The translations under genes and the position numbers were made by a program. Below, piece by piece: positions 10,134 to 20,189 of a stretch of DNA of 64,000 bases (its first letter is position 1; each line of letters opens with the position of its first letter). The stretch is taken from positions 133,240-197,239 of IMG/VR virus record IMGVR_UViG_3300020576_006124. One strand, 5' to 3'. The notes beneath the pieces are model-generated. The model was given only the letters and a program-made list of their open reading frames with translations. It was not told the DNA's origin and ran no database searches. This DNA is from a virus (taxonomy: Duplodnaviria > Caudoviricetes).

Positions 10134-11540
10134 TTAAAAATTCACTCCAAACTTAATCTCTAGTATTTCGTCATATACTGTGACTCGCATTTCAACTGAA
10201 AGGGTGGATTCAGCTACTATCGCAGAGCTGTTTATGTAGGTGATATCCTCTGGTAGATTGGATTTTAACAAATCTCTTAGGCCCTCTTCTACAATTAAGT
10301 TTCTCCCAGAAGGTAGAGGGTTTCCTATGAAGCTATAGAGATAAGGTCCCGTTATTTGAGCAATCCTAGAGGCCGCCAACCTCTTAGTGGCATCTATGTT
10401 TCCACCATTTACCGTTTTGTACAAACAAGATCCTGAGTAGATCCTTCTTGTAGATGCATTTACCCCGGCCTGATATAGTATATCGAGTTCCTCTTGAGAG
10501 AGATCTCTAACTAGTTCTGAATTTTTGAGGGGTAAGTTAGAAAGGCTTATCTGTCTATTTTGGGACAGATAAGAGAGAGAGGCCGCTTCTGCTAACGATC
10601 TTTCTATTTTAGCTTCATCTGTAGAGTAGATGTTGTTTCCAAAAAAGAACAGGGAGTCAGACTTTACAGAATCTGAGTAGAATGTACCGGCCCAGGCAGA
10701 AACGTCAGTACCTATCTCACCCGCATTTAAGAAGAATGTAAGGGAGGGGTTCTCCTCTGCAAAAGTATCTACGACACTCTGGGCTGCCGCATTGGTTGCT
10801 CCTAGTATAACTACAACTTCCACATCAGGGGGAAAAGTAGATTCATTAAAACAGGTTGATAAAAGAGATGACGAAAAATCTCCATCAGTACCTCCCGACA
10901 AAGAGCCTGTAGCGTTGCTTAAACTGTTAGGAACCTCTGTACAATAGCATGGTATTACACCAATTTCTGCCAACTCGTTAGTCTCAGCCAAGAATTGTTG
11001 TTTTGAAGAATACGTTACTACAGTACTTGGGTAGTCTGGATCCATTCCATAAAAAGTAACGTTACTCCCTACAATGCTAATTTTAGAGTTATTGTATTTA
11101 ACACCTGATGTTCTTGCAACAAAGGAGAATCCCCCAACAGTCAGTGTTGCAGGAACTCCTCCAAGACGAATACCGTAGGTTTTTATGCCTAGTCTTATAC
11201 TTCTTTTTAGCGCAACGGCTAAATCTTCAACCCCATAATACGGAGTATAGCTTAACTCAACTAGTTGGTCTTCCTGGTCCCCCCCAATCCATACAAAGGA
11301 TAGAGTGTCCCCACTAGCATTTAGACTTTTAAAAAGAAGAACCCTCTCATACCCATTAACCTTATCATCTGGGGTAGCTAATGCTTTGGGGCTTAAAGTA
11401 ACTGTAGTTGCTCCAGGAGAAAGGTACTTCTGAAAAGAATATTTAGTGTGTAAGAAGTCTTCTACATCTTCAATTGTGGAATATTCCCTTACTTGGTTAT
11501 CCACACCGTCAGATGCAAGGCCTATAAAAAGAACAGACAT
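10134..11540 (-). CDS. Second tail sheath-like protein
   Basis: VLFIGLASDG, LSGGTDG, ELDILYQAGVN and C-terminal VEMRVTVYDEILEI parallel the main sheath. Confidence 0.7.
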   Translation of the reverse strand: MSVLFIGLASDGVDNQVREYSTIEDVEDFLHTKYSFQKYLSPGATTVTLSPKALATPDDKVNGYERVLLFKSLNASGDTLSFVWIGGDQEDQLVELSYTPYYGVEDLAVALKRSIRLGIKTYGIRLGGVPATLTVGGFSFVARTSGVKYNNSKISIVGSNVTFYGMDPDYPSTVVTYSSKQQFLAETNELAEIGVIPCYCTEVPNSLSNATGSLSGGTDGDFSSSLLSTCFNESTFPPDVEVVVILGATNAAAQSVVDTFAEENPSLTFFLNAGEIGTDVSAWAGTFYSDSVKSDSLFFFGNNIYSTDEAKIERSLAEAASLSYLSQNRQISLSNLPLKNSELVRDLSQEELDILYQAGVNASTRRIYSGSCLYKTVNGGNIDATKRLAASRIAQITGPYLYSFIGNPLPSGRNLIVEEGLRDLLKSNLPEDITYINSSAIVAESTLSVEMRVTVYDEILEIKFGVNF

Positions 11541-12077
11541 TTAAACCCCTTTGTAGCTTACTATTTTGTAGTTCCTGGTAATAGCTTTTCTTGCTGTAAG
11601 ATTATCTCCATCTAGAGCCTTGATATTATACTTACCCAAAGTATCGTCTCTCATTTGAGGACCTTGAGAGTCTATTACCTCAAAAACTTCTCTAATAGGT
11701 CCCACTTCGTATTTTCCATTTCTCAAGGAAATCACGCAATCCACAATTAAATCCCCACCCTTTATCCCCGCTGATAAAGGAAAGTGTGCCATTATATTGT
11801 AGTTTAGTAGATTACCTGGGGTTTCGTTATTTAGGTATTGAGAGGGATTAGTGAAATCATCTATCCTACCTTTTGAGGCGTAAGCAGAGTTCCTAACCCC
11901 TAAACCCTTGCAAAGCTCACATTGCAAGTCCTGGAATTTCTTGGACCTACTGTAACTGTCAAAATGCTTTGGACAAGCAAAATTGGAATCCATACTTACT
12001 ATTAGAAATACTTTTGCCCACTTGTCTATTTCTCTTTCTAAAATTTCTTTCGGGTTCATTAGAATCCTGTATTCCAT
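11541..12077 (-). CDS. Putative head closure/neck protein (Cys-rich)
   Basis: Synteny; C-P...CELCKGLG. Confidence 0.45.
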   Translation of the reverse strand: MEYRILMNPKEILEREIDKWAKVFLIVSMDSNFACPKHFDSYSRSKKFQDLQCELCKGLGVRNSAYASKGRIDDFTNPSQYLNNETPGNLLNYNIMAHFPLSAGIKGGDLIVDCVISLRNGKYEVGPIREVFEVIDSQGPQMRDDTLGKYNIKALDGDNLTARKAITRNYKIVSYKGV

Positions 12078-13603
12078 CCTTGACCATAGTAGGTCTGATT
12101 TTCTGTACTATATGGAAGCTTTGTAGTAAATGGGAACCACTCTCTAACACCGTAATCGGAGGGTTTGAAGTTCCCATATAGGCTCCCCACAGTAGCACCT
12201 AGTTGGGGGGGAGAAAGGTTATTTAGAATTGAGTTCGTAGCCACTATTCTTTCCTCATCTGCCCTAGCTTTTAGGTCCTGTAGAGCCTTTAAGAGGTCAT
12301 CTGTGACCTCTACACTATATTGCCCTACCTTAATAGAGGTCCCTATACTGAGGACGCTTTTATAGATTAAAGAATCCACATAAAAACACTTAGCAAAGGC
12401 ATGAGCCAGCCTAAAGAAATCAAAACTAGTTGGGTCGGTTGCAGCTACTACGTCTGATAGACTGGCAGTGTAGTCAATATTTTCATTAGCTACCAACCAG
12501 AATTGCTTAGCTAAAAGAGATCCTTTGTAAGATGTTTTTATTAGATCTGAGTTGGTGAAGTTGACCCCTGTTGGGAACTCAGACTTCATGGTTTCTATGT
12601 CTACATAGAAGGGATTAGGTTTTGTGAAGAAGTTATACGTGGAGGTCTCCCCTAGTGTGTAAGAGTCTCCAGTTACTGGTAGGCTAGAAGAGACGGTAAT
12701 TGAATATTCTGTGGTGTCAGAGATAGCAGTATTAAAAGTAATTGTTATTGTATTTGTTGAGGCTACAATAGTTACGTCTGCTGCCGTAAAAAACGGGGCC
12801 GTAGAGTACAGCTGATAACTCTTTTGTTTAACGGTAACATAATCCTCAGCAGAGGTCCCTAAGTTCTTACTAAAAGTAAGGGTCATCTCTGTCGGGTACT
12901 CTGAAAGAATCTCGTCTGTATCTGGAATGGTGGTAGATTCTATATAAAAAAGGGAGTCTAGAGTGTTATACTCGGACCCTCCACCTGCGGCTGTATAGTT
13001 AAACTGGAAAACTTCCGACCAGCCCCCAACACCCGAACCGTCTTTAGCTCTCACCCTCCAGCAATAGGTTTTGTTTAAAACGGGGGTAAATGTTGGGGTG
13101 TAAGTTTCTGTGGTCGGGGAGCTAGAAGAGACAACGGAACTAAAGTCCAAAGTGTCAGACAGCTCAAAATCGTATGCTGTAGCTCCTACAACATCTTCCC
13201 AATTGAAAGTAATAGGGGTATCTACTACATAGGTTGCGTCCGGGGGAACTAGTAGTGTGGGTGAAGTAAGGCTAGCAGGACTCGTTTTAAAATAGAATGC
13301 GTAAGTCTTAGTAGTTTTTCTTCCAATAGTGTCTTGGACCCCTGATAAAATACTTACTAAGTAGTTGTTGTCTGGTAATAGGCTGGCAGTGGGAGTAAGA
13401 ATGGTATTCTTTAGATCCGTCGCATCTATAGTTACAGCAATAGGGGTGTTTGTCTGGGCATCAAAAAGCTTTACAAGTCCTACAACAGTAGAAAACTGAG
13501 TTTCTTCCATATCCTGAGACCAGGATATTGTTATGTTAGGAAGAAGAGTAGAACTTAGCTCCGATGGGCTAAAATCTATGACTTTGGGAATGTTGTTAGC
13601 CAT
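12059..13603 (-). CDS. Ig-like/FN3-domain virion protein, probable head-tail adaptor
   Basis: Big_5-like repeats (ILTPTASLLPDNNY, YSITVSSSL), FN3-like YCWRVRAKD..GGWS; follows the major capsid gene. Confidence 0.6.
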   Translation of the reverse strand: MANNIPKVIDFSPSELSSTLLPNITISWSQDMEETQFSTVVGLVKLFDAQTNTPIAVTIDATDLKNTILTPTASLLPDNNYLVSILSGVQDTIGRKTTKTYAFYFKTSPASLTSPTLLVPPDATYVVDTPITFNWEDVVGATAYDFELSDTLDFSSVVSSSSPTTETYTPTFTPVLNKTYCWRVRAKDGSGVGGWSEVFQFNYTAAGGGSEYNTLDSLFYIESTTIPDTDEILSEYPTEMTLTFSKNLGTSAEDYVTVKQKSYQLYSTAPFFTAADVTIVASTNTITITFNTAISDTTEYSITVSSSLPVTGDSYTLGETSTYNFFTKPNPFYVDIETMKSEFPTGVNFTNSDLIKTSYKGSLLAKQFWLVANENIDYTASLSDVVAATDPTSFDFFRLAHAFAKCFYVDSLIYKSVLSIGTSIKVGQYSVEVTDDLLKALQDLKARADEERIVATNSILNNLSPPQLGATVGSLYGNFKPSDYGVREWFPFTTKLPYSTENQTYYGQGWNTGF

Positions 13604-13621
13604 CTATATAAATAGAGTCAC

Positions 13622-13652
13622 AAAAAGAAGGGGACCCCTTTCGGAGTCCCCG
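13622..13652 (-). terminator. Intrinsic terminator after major capsid gene
   Basis: GGGGACTCC-GAAA-GGGGTCCCC-TTCTTTTT. Confidence 0.85.
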
Positions 13653-13678
13653 ACCACAGAATGAGCAACCAAATAATC

Positions 13679-14872
13679 TTAGGCAGGCATTGATCGAACA
13701 GAGTAGACAGGGGCTCGGTTGGGGGCAATAACCACTCCAACAGTCTTAGCAACACCAGCACCCTTGTCCTTCAAGATAGCCTTGGTCTCTCGCTTAACCT
13801 TAAGACCTCGACCGTCTCGCCAGAATTCAGCTTCCTCAGCCATTTCCAGTGATCCCTTCTCAGCCAATGCAATGGAATCTTCCTTGCTAAGTGCGTAGAT
13901 ATCAGTATAACTAGCACCAGAGAAGTCTCCACCCTTGCTGTATCGCATGGGAGCATAGGGGACGTATTGAATGCCAAAAGGCATGTTCATCGACTGGTCG
14001 AATCCGGGAGCCGCACTCCAGATACTATTACCAATCTGTCCACCGTGCATGAAGGTAGCTCTCATAAACGGATCAGATGCAAAGATCGCCCAACCCATCG
14101 GATGAGTTAGAACGTGAGTCACGTTCTTCTCAAACGACATGGGGATAGCAACCAGGTCCACCAAGTCCTCATAGCTAAACGTTCCATTAGCCGTATCCGA
14201 GCTGTCAACACCCTTGGTGGCGTAGCCGGAACCAGTGCTGTTTCCAGTGGAGTTGTCAGCCGCAACGTTATAAGTGCCTGTAAGGGCCGTATAGCAGTTG
14301 CTTTCAACAAGTCGGTTAACAGCGTTAGCACACTTCTTCATCAGAAGAGCAGCCGTATTGAGGTTTCTATTGTCAAGAGCCTCATCAGGAAGGATGTAGC
14401 CGATTCCCTGCTTTCCAACTCGAATAGCACCCGTTCCTTCCATGAGAGCCATATTAGCCATCTGGTACTCTTGACCAGGAGCCATCTCAGTAGCAACGAA
14501 TGCTGACGAGTCAAGCAACTCAAGGGTCTGGGTGTTTGACACCATAGGAACCTTCTCAGCAATGTTCTCAGAAAGGAACAGTGCAGGCTCCTTCTCAGTA
14601 ACGAGAACCCGAGTAACTACTTCTCGGATAATTCCGTCCAGCTGAGAAGCTGAAACCATGTCCTTGATAGACAGGTCAAGACTTCCCTTCCCAGAGAAGG
14701 CATCAAAAATCTTGTTGGAAAGGAGCTTTCGTTCCGAAGAATACGCTTCTAAATCGGAAAGAGTTGCGTCCTCTGCTGACTTACCCGCTCTTGTTAAGAA
14801 TTCGGAGAAGTCAGGATTCTTCTGCATTCTCTCTCGGGCTTTATCTTTAATTGTATCGAGTAATGATTTCAT
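13679..14872 (-). CDS. Major capsid protein (HK97-fold)
   Basis: 397 aa; after protease and decoration genes; EMAPGQEY, VGKQG, VLTHPMGW; followed by a strong terminator. Confidence 0.8.
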   Translation of the reverse strand: MKSLLDTIKDKARERMQKNPDFSEFLTRAGKSAEDATLSDLEAYSSERKLLSNKIFDAFSGKGSLDLSIKDMVSASQLDGIIREVVTRVLVTEKEPALFLSENIAEKVPMVSNTQTLELLDSSAFVATEMAPGQEYQMANMALMEGTGAIRVGKQGIGYILPDEALDNRNLNTAALLMKKCANAVNRLVESNCYTALTGTYNVAADNSTGNSTGSGYATKGVDSSDTANGTFSYEDLVDLVAIPMSFEKNVTHVLTHPMGWAIFASDPFMRATFMHGGQIGNSIWSAAPGFDQSMNMPFGIQYVPYAPMRYSKGGDFSGASYTDIYALSKEDSIALAEKGSLEMAEEAEFWRDGRGLKVKRETKAILKDKGAGVAKTVGVVIAPNRAPVYSVRSMPA

Positions 14873-14939
14873 TTCTTCCTATTCTTATATAGAGTCAGGC
14901 TTGAGAGGAGGAGTGTTTAGTTCCTCCTCTCACTTTTCC

Positions 14940-16295
14940 TTAGTTAGCCCAGAAGATCAGTTCTCCTGAGACCCCAGAAGCGTTCAGGTGAGCGGGGGTA
15001 CCTGCACCTGTTCCAGAAATTGCACCATCGGTCAAACCAATCTGACCGGGAGCAAAGTTGGGAGTGAATGGACTCGTGATCTGCTTGTAGGTGATTCGAG
15101 CAGCAGTAATCGTCAGAGCAGACGAGAACTGAACTCGACCTTCAACCCAGTCAACACTGTGATACTTGCCGATCAATCCGCTGTGGACCGTCTGATATCG
15201 AGTATCGTTAGCATTCGGCAGGGTGTACCAATCCGAGGCAGAGTACGAAGTAACCGTACCACCATCGTTCACAGTACCCTGAATCTCAATCGTAACGGCT
15301 GAACGAGGATCAATGACAACGTTCTTGCTTGACTGAAGAACGTAACCGGCGCCACCAGAAACCGTAAAGGTCACAGCAGAGCGATCGGCCGTAGTCATAG
15401 CAACCATGTCCCCGAACAACTCAGAGAGAGGCCCCTCGTAAGAACCTGTCTTCACATAGGGGAATAGCTTATCATATTCCCTAACGTTGGACAACGGATT
15501 GATTCGGACTAGCTCTCCGCCAATCTGATCGGCATCCTGGCCGTAAGTGAACCAGACCTCCTGGGCGGTTGTACCACTGTACTTCCAAAGGTTGGTCGAA
15601 GTATTCCAAACCAGGTTCGAAGCGTTGGTCGCAGATACTGCGGAACCCGCGTTGTTCTTAACACCAACGATCTGAGGAAGAACACCAGCGAGGTTAGCAC
15701 CAGTCAGGTCAATGTTAGTGGAGTTAGAACCGTTATTGACGTAGTAGGTCGCTTGCGGCTTAAACTTAACCTGAGCACCTCGAAGAGCAAACTGCTGATT
15801 CGAGAGAGAAGCAGTGTAAGCCGTGTCTGCGGTCAGTCGAGTAACGGCACCAGCGTGAGCCGTAAGTCGATCACCAGCAGCAAGAGTACCATAAGCATCG
15901 CTGATAGCTGCAACATATGCGACAGAGCACTGTGCATTCTTAACAACAACAGCATCGGGCATCGTGTGAGCGCCAGAACTGTCTTGGGCAGGCTTCGCCA
16001 TATTCTGATGAGCAACACCCATAGGCTTAACGGTAAGACCGTTTGCCGTAGTAATAGGAGTTCCTCTGTCGGTTGCCGAGTTTGCGAGGGCAGTGTTGCC
16101 CTTTCCAATTCCGACAAATCGACCACTCAGGATTGCGAGAGCACCAGTCGGGCCGTAGGTTGCCTGAGCAACCTGGGGCAGTGTGGGATCTACGAAATAG
16201 TGTCCGACAAGTGTCTGAGCAGAGGGGTTAACTGCAGCAGTACCCGTCCACACGACTTCTCGTAACTTTTCACCTGTGATAATGTAACTACTCAT
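14940..16295 (-). CDS. Putative capsid decoration/cement protein
   Basis: Between protease and major capsid; Gly/Ala/Thr-rich beta-type protein. Confidence 0.55.
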   Translation of the reverse strand: MSSYIITGEKLREVVWTGTAAVNPSAQTLVGHYFVDPTLPQVAQATYGPTGALAILSGRFVGIGKGNTALANSATDRGTPITTANGLTVKPMGVAHQNMAKPAQDSSGAHTMPDAVVVKNAQCSVAYVAAISDAYGTLAAGDRLTAHAGAVTRLTADTAYTASLSNQQFALRGAQVKFKPQATYYVNNGSNSTNIDLTGANLAGVLPQIVGVKNNAGSAVSATNASNLVWNTSTNLWKYSGTTAQEVWFTYGQDADQIGGELVRINPLSNVREYDKLFPYVKTGSYEGPLSELFGDMVAMTTADRSAVTFTVSGGAGYVLQSSKNVVIDPRSAVTIEIQGTVNDGGTVTSYSASDWYTLPNANDTRYQTVHSGLIGKYHSVDWVEGRVQFSSALTITAARITYKQITSPFTPNFAPGQIGLTDGAISGTGAGTPAHLNASGVSGELIFWAN

Positions 16296-16363
16296 TTTTT
16301 ATTATTTTCTCGGCAACTATATCTACTAGAGGTTAATTACTGTCAAATATAATAGAGTTCTGT

Positions 16364-18163
16364 TTAAAACCCTAAAACTTTAAAAGCATCCTCCTGAGAT
16401 AGCTCGTGGTTTGCAGACGTTCCGCCAGTATCTGAGTCCTCAACAGAGGATACGGAAGTTGGGGAGGTTACGGTCTGGGTACTGTCCTCACTCTCTACCT
16501 TTTTATGGTTTCGAATAAGCTTTGATAGGGTGGAGCTAGAGAGTATTGAGTATCTCTTTGCGTCCTCCTCAAAATCCGACACGTCTAAGTTAACACTTTT
16601 AACTACAGAGTAAAGCGAAGCTAGAAGAGTTCTTGTGTCTTTGGGATCTAGATTAACGAAATTGTCTACCAAATCAAAGACCGAAAGAGAAAGAGTTTTA
16701 CTATTTTCCAAATCTTCGATTGAAAGAGTAGACTTATCTTTTGTATCTCGGGCTTGAATTAGGGAGCTAACAGTAGAGTCAAGGGTCTTAATCTGATCTT
16801 CTGACAGAAGGGGTTTCAAGGATTCCACTTTAGCGAGACCCTCTTCATCCAGTTTAATGGTCATGTCTGCGATTTGCAAGAAGCTATCAGTAGTGATTGA
16901 TACTAATGCCAGCTTCTTGTCAAGGGCCTCTAGGTGCTCTCCCATAGTTTCGGTCAGAGAGAGTAAGGTATCCACTGTGAGAGTGCCCTCTTCTAGAAGC
17001 AAATGGACAGCCTCTCTCTCAGCGTCTGAGAGACTTGATTCTAGCAGTTTAGAGAGACCCACTACTCTGGTCCCGTCTAAAAGAACCAAAGATTTATACG
17101 GAAAGTCCACATGTGCAGTATCCTCAGCACCGGTCTCTGTGCCTTCAGGTGCATTATCCTCTGGAGTTGTATTTAAAATGTCTTCTGGTTTCTGTTTGGC
17201 CATATTTCTGTCCTGAAGAATTACAAAACTCTGTTTCGTGCTTTTAATAGAGTCGGTAATTCCGATTAATCCACAAACTTCTTTTACTTTTTCTTTAGTA
17301 GCAATGTCAAAAAAGCCATAAGAATCTTTAGACCCTGTAATTTTCTCCGCTACTAACAATCTTGAGTCAACCTCTTCTCTCCCTATATCCCCACTAAGGG
17401 TATACGCGGAAGTGTCTGCGGGGGTGTTTACGTAAGATAGCTCCTTGAATTGAATCCCACTATAGATTAAATAGGACAAGTGTTCTTTTTTGTCTACGGT
17501 GTATGTTTTACCTGTTTCATATGGAGGAAATTCATCCCACATCTCTTTTTTGTAGAGATCTACTAAGTCCAGCCCACTGATACTCTCAAAAACTTGAGCG
17601 GAACGAGCCCCTATAGATACGGTATGATATCTTCCTCCAAGGACCTTTTCTATCTCTGCATCACCAGTAATAGCAGCAACTACCGATATATGCCCAGACC
17701 CATTAGCAAAACCTGGGTACAAGGAATCTTTACAAGGTATTCTTTCGCTTTTTGGCCTTTTAATGAAGGACGAAGAGATTATTCTCCCACAGGGCTCATC
17801 GGCACTAGTCCCGAACCAGCTATCACCGGAACGATGCTCGGTAATAACTGGGCAATTGTAGGGATAAATAAAGGACTGATGGCCCGTAGTGTCTTCAGGG
17901 TAAGAAGGATCATAAGAACCTTCCAACTCGCTGGCCGGGTAGTATCTGTAATTTAAGTTTAGTTTGTCACTATGACAAACTCTGATTTCAGGGTAGACAG
18001 CTTTGACGTCTTTCTCTGAAATCTCTGATAATATACTATCTTTGACTAGAGCATTTTCACTATCCCGAGAGTTATTAATCATTACTGAGTAGGAGTCAAA
18101 AATTGCTCCACCCGAACTCCCAGCCTGAAACCCTAGTATTTCTTGGATTTTCTTCTTATCCAT
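16364..18163 (-). CDS. Prohead protease fused to acidic scaffold-like C-terminus
   Basis: ITEH, EPCGRI, RYHTVSIG, ELSYVNTPAD protease motifs; helical acidic C-terminal half. Confidence 0.8.
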   Translation of the reverse strand: MDKKKIQEILGFQAGSSGGAIFDSYSVMINNSRDSENALVKDSILSEISEKDVKAVYPEIRVCHSDKLNLNYRYYPASELEGSYDPSYPEDTTGHQSFIYPYNCPVITEHRSGDSWFGTSADEPCGRIISSSFIKRPKSERIPCKDSLYPGFANGSGHISVVAAITGDAEIEKVLGGRYHTVSIGARSAQVFESISGLDLVDLYKKEMWDEFPPYETGKTYTVDKKEHLSYLIYSGIQFKELSYVNTPADTSAYTLSGDIGREEVDSRLLVAEKITGSKDSYGFFDIATKEKVKEVCGLIGITDSIKSTKQSFVILQDRNMAKQKPEDILNTTPEDNAPEGTETGAEDTAHVDFPYKSLVLLDGTRVVGLSKLLESSLSDAEREAVHLLLEEGTLTVDTLLSLTETMGEHLEALDKKLALVSITTDSFLQIADMTIKLDEEGLAKVESLKPLLSEDQIKTLDSTVSSLIQARDTKDKSTLSIEDLENSKTLSLSVFDLVDNFVNLDPKDTRTLLASLYSVVKSVNLDVSDFEEDAKRYSILSSSTLSKLIRNHKKVESEDSTQTVTSPTSVSSVEDSDTGGTSANHELSQEDAFKVLGF

Positions 18164-19745
18164 TAATGTTATCCTTAAAATGCTCTAATAGAACTTCTCT
18201 CTCTGATAATAGAGCCTGAATTTCCTTAGGATCTATCCCAATCCCTGCTTCCTCAAAGATATAATAGAGTTCTTGTAGAGATGTAGAAGAGTCTAGTAAC
18301 TTACTTTCAACACTGTCTTTCTGGTCTTTTTTCTTAGGGCGTCCACCTTCTTTTTTCTCAAGTGACTTTGGTTCTTCTGGTCCGGCGCCCCCGTACAGGT
18401 GTTGGAAGGTCTTAGAAAGATTAATTGGGGAATCTATATCAATTCTTTGTCTCGCCTCAACAATATCAATGATTCCCTTTGTAAACAGATCAGCTACATG
18501 GGACTCATGTTTAGAAAGAATGTCACCATCTGCTTGATGGAATCTGATAGATACCTGATGATTGGGGTTAGTGTATGGGTCATACCCCATTTCCCACAAA
18601 AGCTCAAAGAATAGCTCTTGGGTAAAGAAGCTCTCTAGATTTTTTTGAGTAGATGCCAGATTTTGGATGAACCCTAATAAGCTTTTATCTGCAGCTAGGG
18701 TAGAAGTATTATCCATCCCCATGAGGTAGGCTGGAATTCCCATCCCAGTAATTACCCTCCTGGTCAGGTAGTTTAAATATTCATTAACCCTTAGAGCGTG
18801 GGACTCTGATCCTTTTTGCTCTATGTTGTGCCAGGCTGGTGTAATCAAAATTGAATCATGTCTCGCAGCCTCTACAACATTGACTCTAGCTCTAGATATC
18901 TCTTGCTCTATAGTCAGCCCACTTCTTGCCTGTATGGGATCTTTAGGCCTGTCAATAGTATAGTGTGTCAAGGGAAGCGCATGCTTCTTTAACATAGTTA
19001 CCATTAAATTTTCTGCTATCTTTAGATTAGTCAGATCATCAAGTACAGGCATCACAAGGCCAATTCCAAAAACAGTTCCTGGATCTTTTTTATAAGTTGC
19101 AACAGATACATCCAACTTATTAATTAGGGTTTTGGAATCCGGCTTCCAGGAGCCAAAGTCCATTTTAAATTTGTACTCTTTCTTTTGTCCTCTTCCTTGC
19201 TCCTTACCCAAATAAGCCTGGACTTCTTCAAAAGTAATACCTTTTAAGGTCCAACCTATGTGTTTCTGCTTATGCTTCAGGGGGTAGAACTGAAGAGGGG
19301 AGATAACAGCTAACCTAGAGATAGAATCAGGTCTATCCTTATACAGACCTCGATAACTCTTTGATGCATCGGTGGCAGAAGATGTACCCCTTATTTTTAC
19401 TAAAGGGGCGGTCCCAGTCTTAAAGAGTTCGTGAATAAGTTCAAACTTGAGTGTATCCCATGTAGTACCTGAGGCAAAACAAATTTCCTGTAGTCTCTTT
19501 GTTAAGACATCTACAATCTTTTTTTCTCCAACAATGTCGAACCTAGAACAGTGATCTGTGTATACATCCACACCTTGTCGGGCGATTCCGTCTTTAATGT
19601 AGGCATCTACACACCTCATTATTGATCTGGAGATGAGAGCATCATTTACGTGCCTAGTCAGGGTGGCTGAAGGTTTTTCTTCAAGGCCTAGAACCTGACT
19701 TTCGGCTTTAGAGCTCTTAGGTAAAGAGGCGTCTGTAAATTCCAT
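18156..19745 (-). CDS. Portal protein
   Basis: 529 aa between terminase and protease; FGIGLVMP, GMGIPAYLMG, GIIDIVEARQ. Confidence 0.8.
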   Translation of the reverse strand: MEFTDASLPKSSKAESQVLGLEEKPSATLTRHVNDALISRSIMRCVDAYIKDGIARQGVDVYTDHCSRFDIVGEKKIVDVLTKRLQEICFASGTTWDTLKFELIHELFKTGTAPLVKIRGTSSATDASKSYRGLYKDRPDSISRLAVISPLQFYPLKHKQKHIGWTLKGITFEEVQAYLGKEQGRGQKKEYKFKMDFGSWKPDSKTLINKLDVSVATYKKDPGTVFGIGLVMPVLDDLTNLKIAENLMVTMLKKHALPLTHYTIDRPKDPIQARSGLTIEQEISRARVNVVEAARHDSILITPAWHNIEQKGSESHALRVNEYLNYLTRRVITGMGIPAYLMGMDNTSTLAADKSLLGFIQNLASTQKNLESFFTQELFFELLWEMGYDPYTNPNHQVSIRFHQADGDILSKHESHVADLFTKGIIDIVEARQRIDIDSPINLSKTFQHLYGGAGPEEPKSLEKKEGGRPKKKDQKDSVESKLLDSSTSLQELYYIFEEAGIGIDPKEIQALLSEREVLLEHFKDNING

Positions 19746-19754
19746 TTTATTCTA

Positions 19755-20189
19755 TTAAATTAGAGCCCCGAATACTCTATCGACAGAAGTATCATTGGGC
19801 TCCAAAAAGTAATCTACGATCAGAATCTGATATTCTGCGTCGCGTGGGAAGCTTTTTACCTTCTCTAACATCCCTATATTATTGGACCAATCTTCCAGAG
19901 ACACACCAGTCATACTGTTAGCAACTTCAAAATTTGTTGAGTGTTCTGGTCCGTGGATGCAGATTATCCAACCAAGTAGGGGTATAAATATATCAAAATG
20001 AAGGGGTTTACCTTTATAAGTAACAATATTTGTATCCCCATCTAGAAATACAAGGGGAGAACTTAAAGAAAGTTTCTTCTCCAGGAAATTAAGAATGCAT
20101 TCAACCCATTCTTTTCTAAAAGATTCTTGGCTTTCTTTTAGAACTTGAAGGGAAGTTTTATTAAATTTGAACATATCGAGAAATTTCAT
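19755..20189 (-). CDS. Restriction-endonuclease-fold (DUF559-like) protein
   Basis: LHFDIFIP..IICIHGPEH; the usual catalytic Glu appears replaced. Confidence 0.4.
   Translation of the reverse strand: MKFLDMFKFNKTSLQVLKESQESFRKEWVECILNFLEKKLSLSSPLVFLDGDTNIVTYKGKPLHFDIFIPLLGWIICIHGPEHSTNFEVANSMTGVSLEDWSNNIGMLEKVKSFPRDAEYQILIVDYFLEPNDTSVDRVFGALI

Noticed and set aside
14114-16265. Antisense ORFs over capsid and decoration genes
   Set aside because: Codon-bias shadows without RBS or recognisable motifs.
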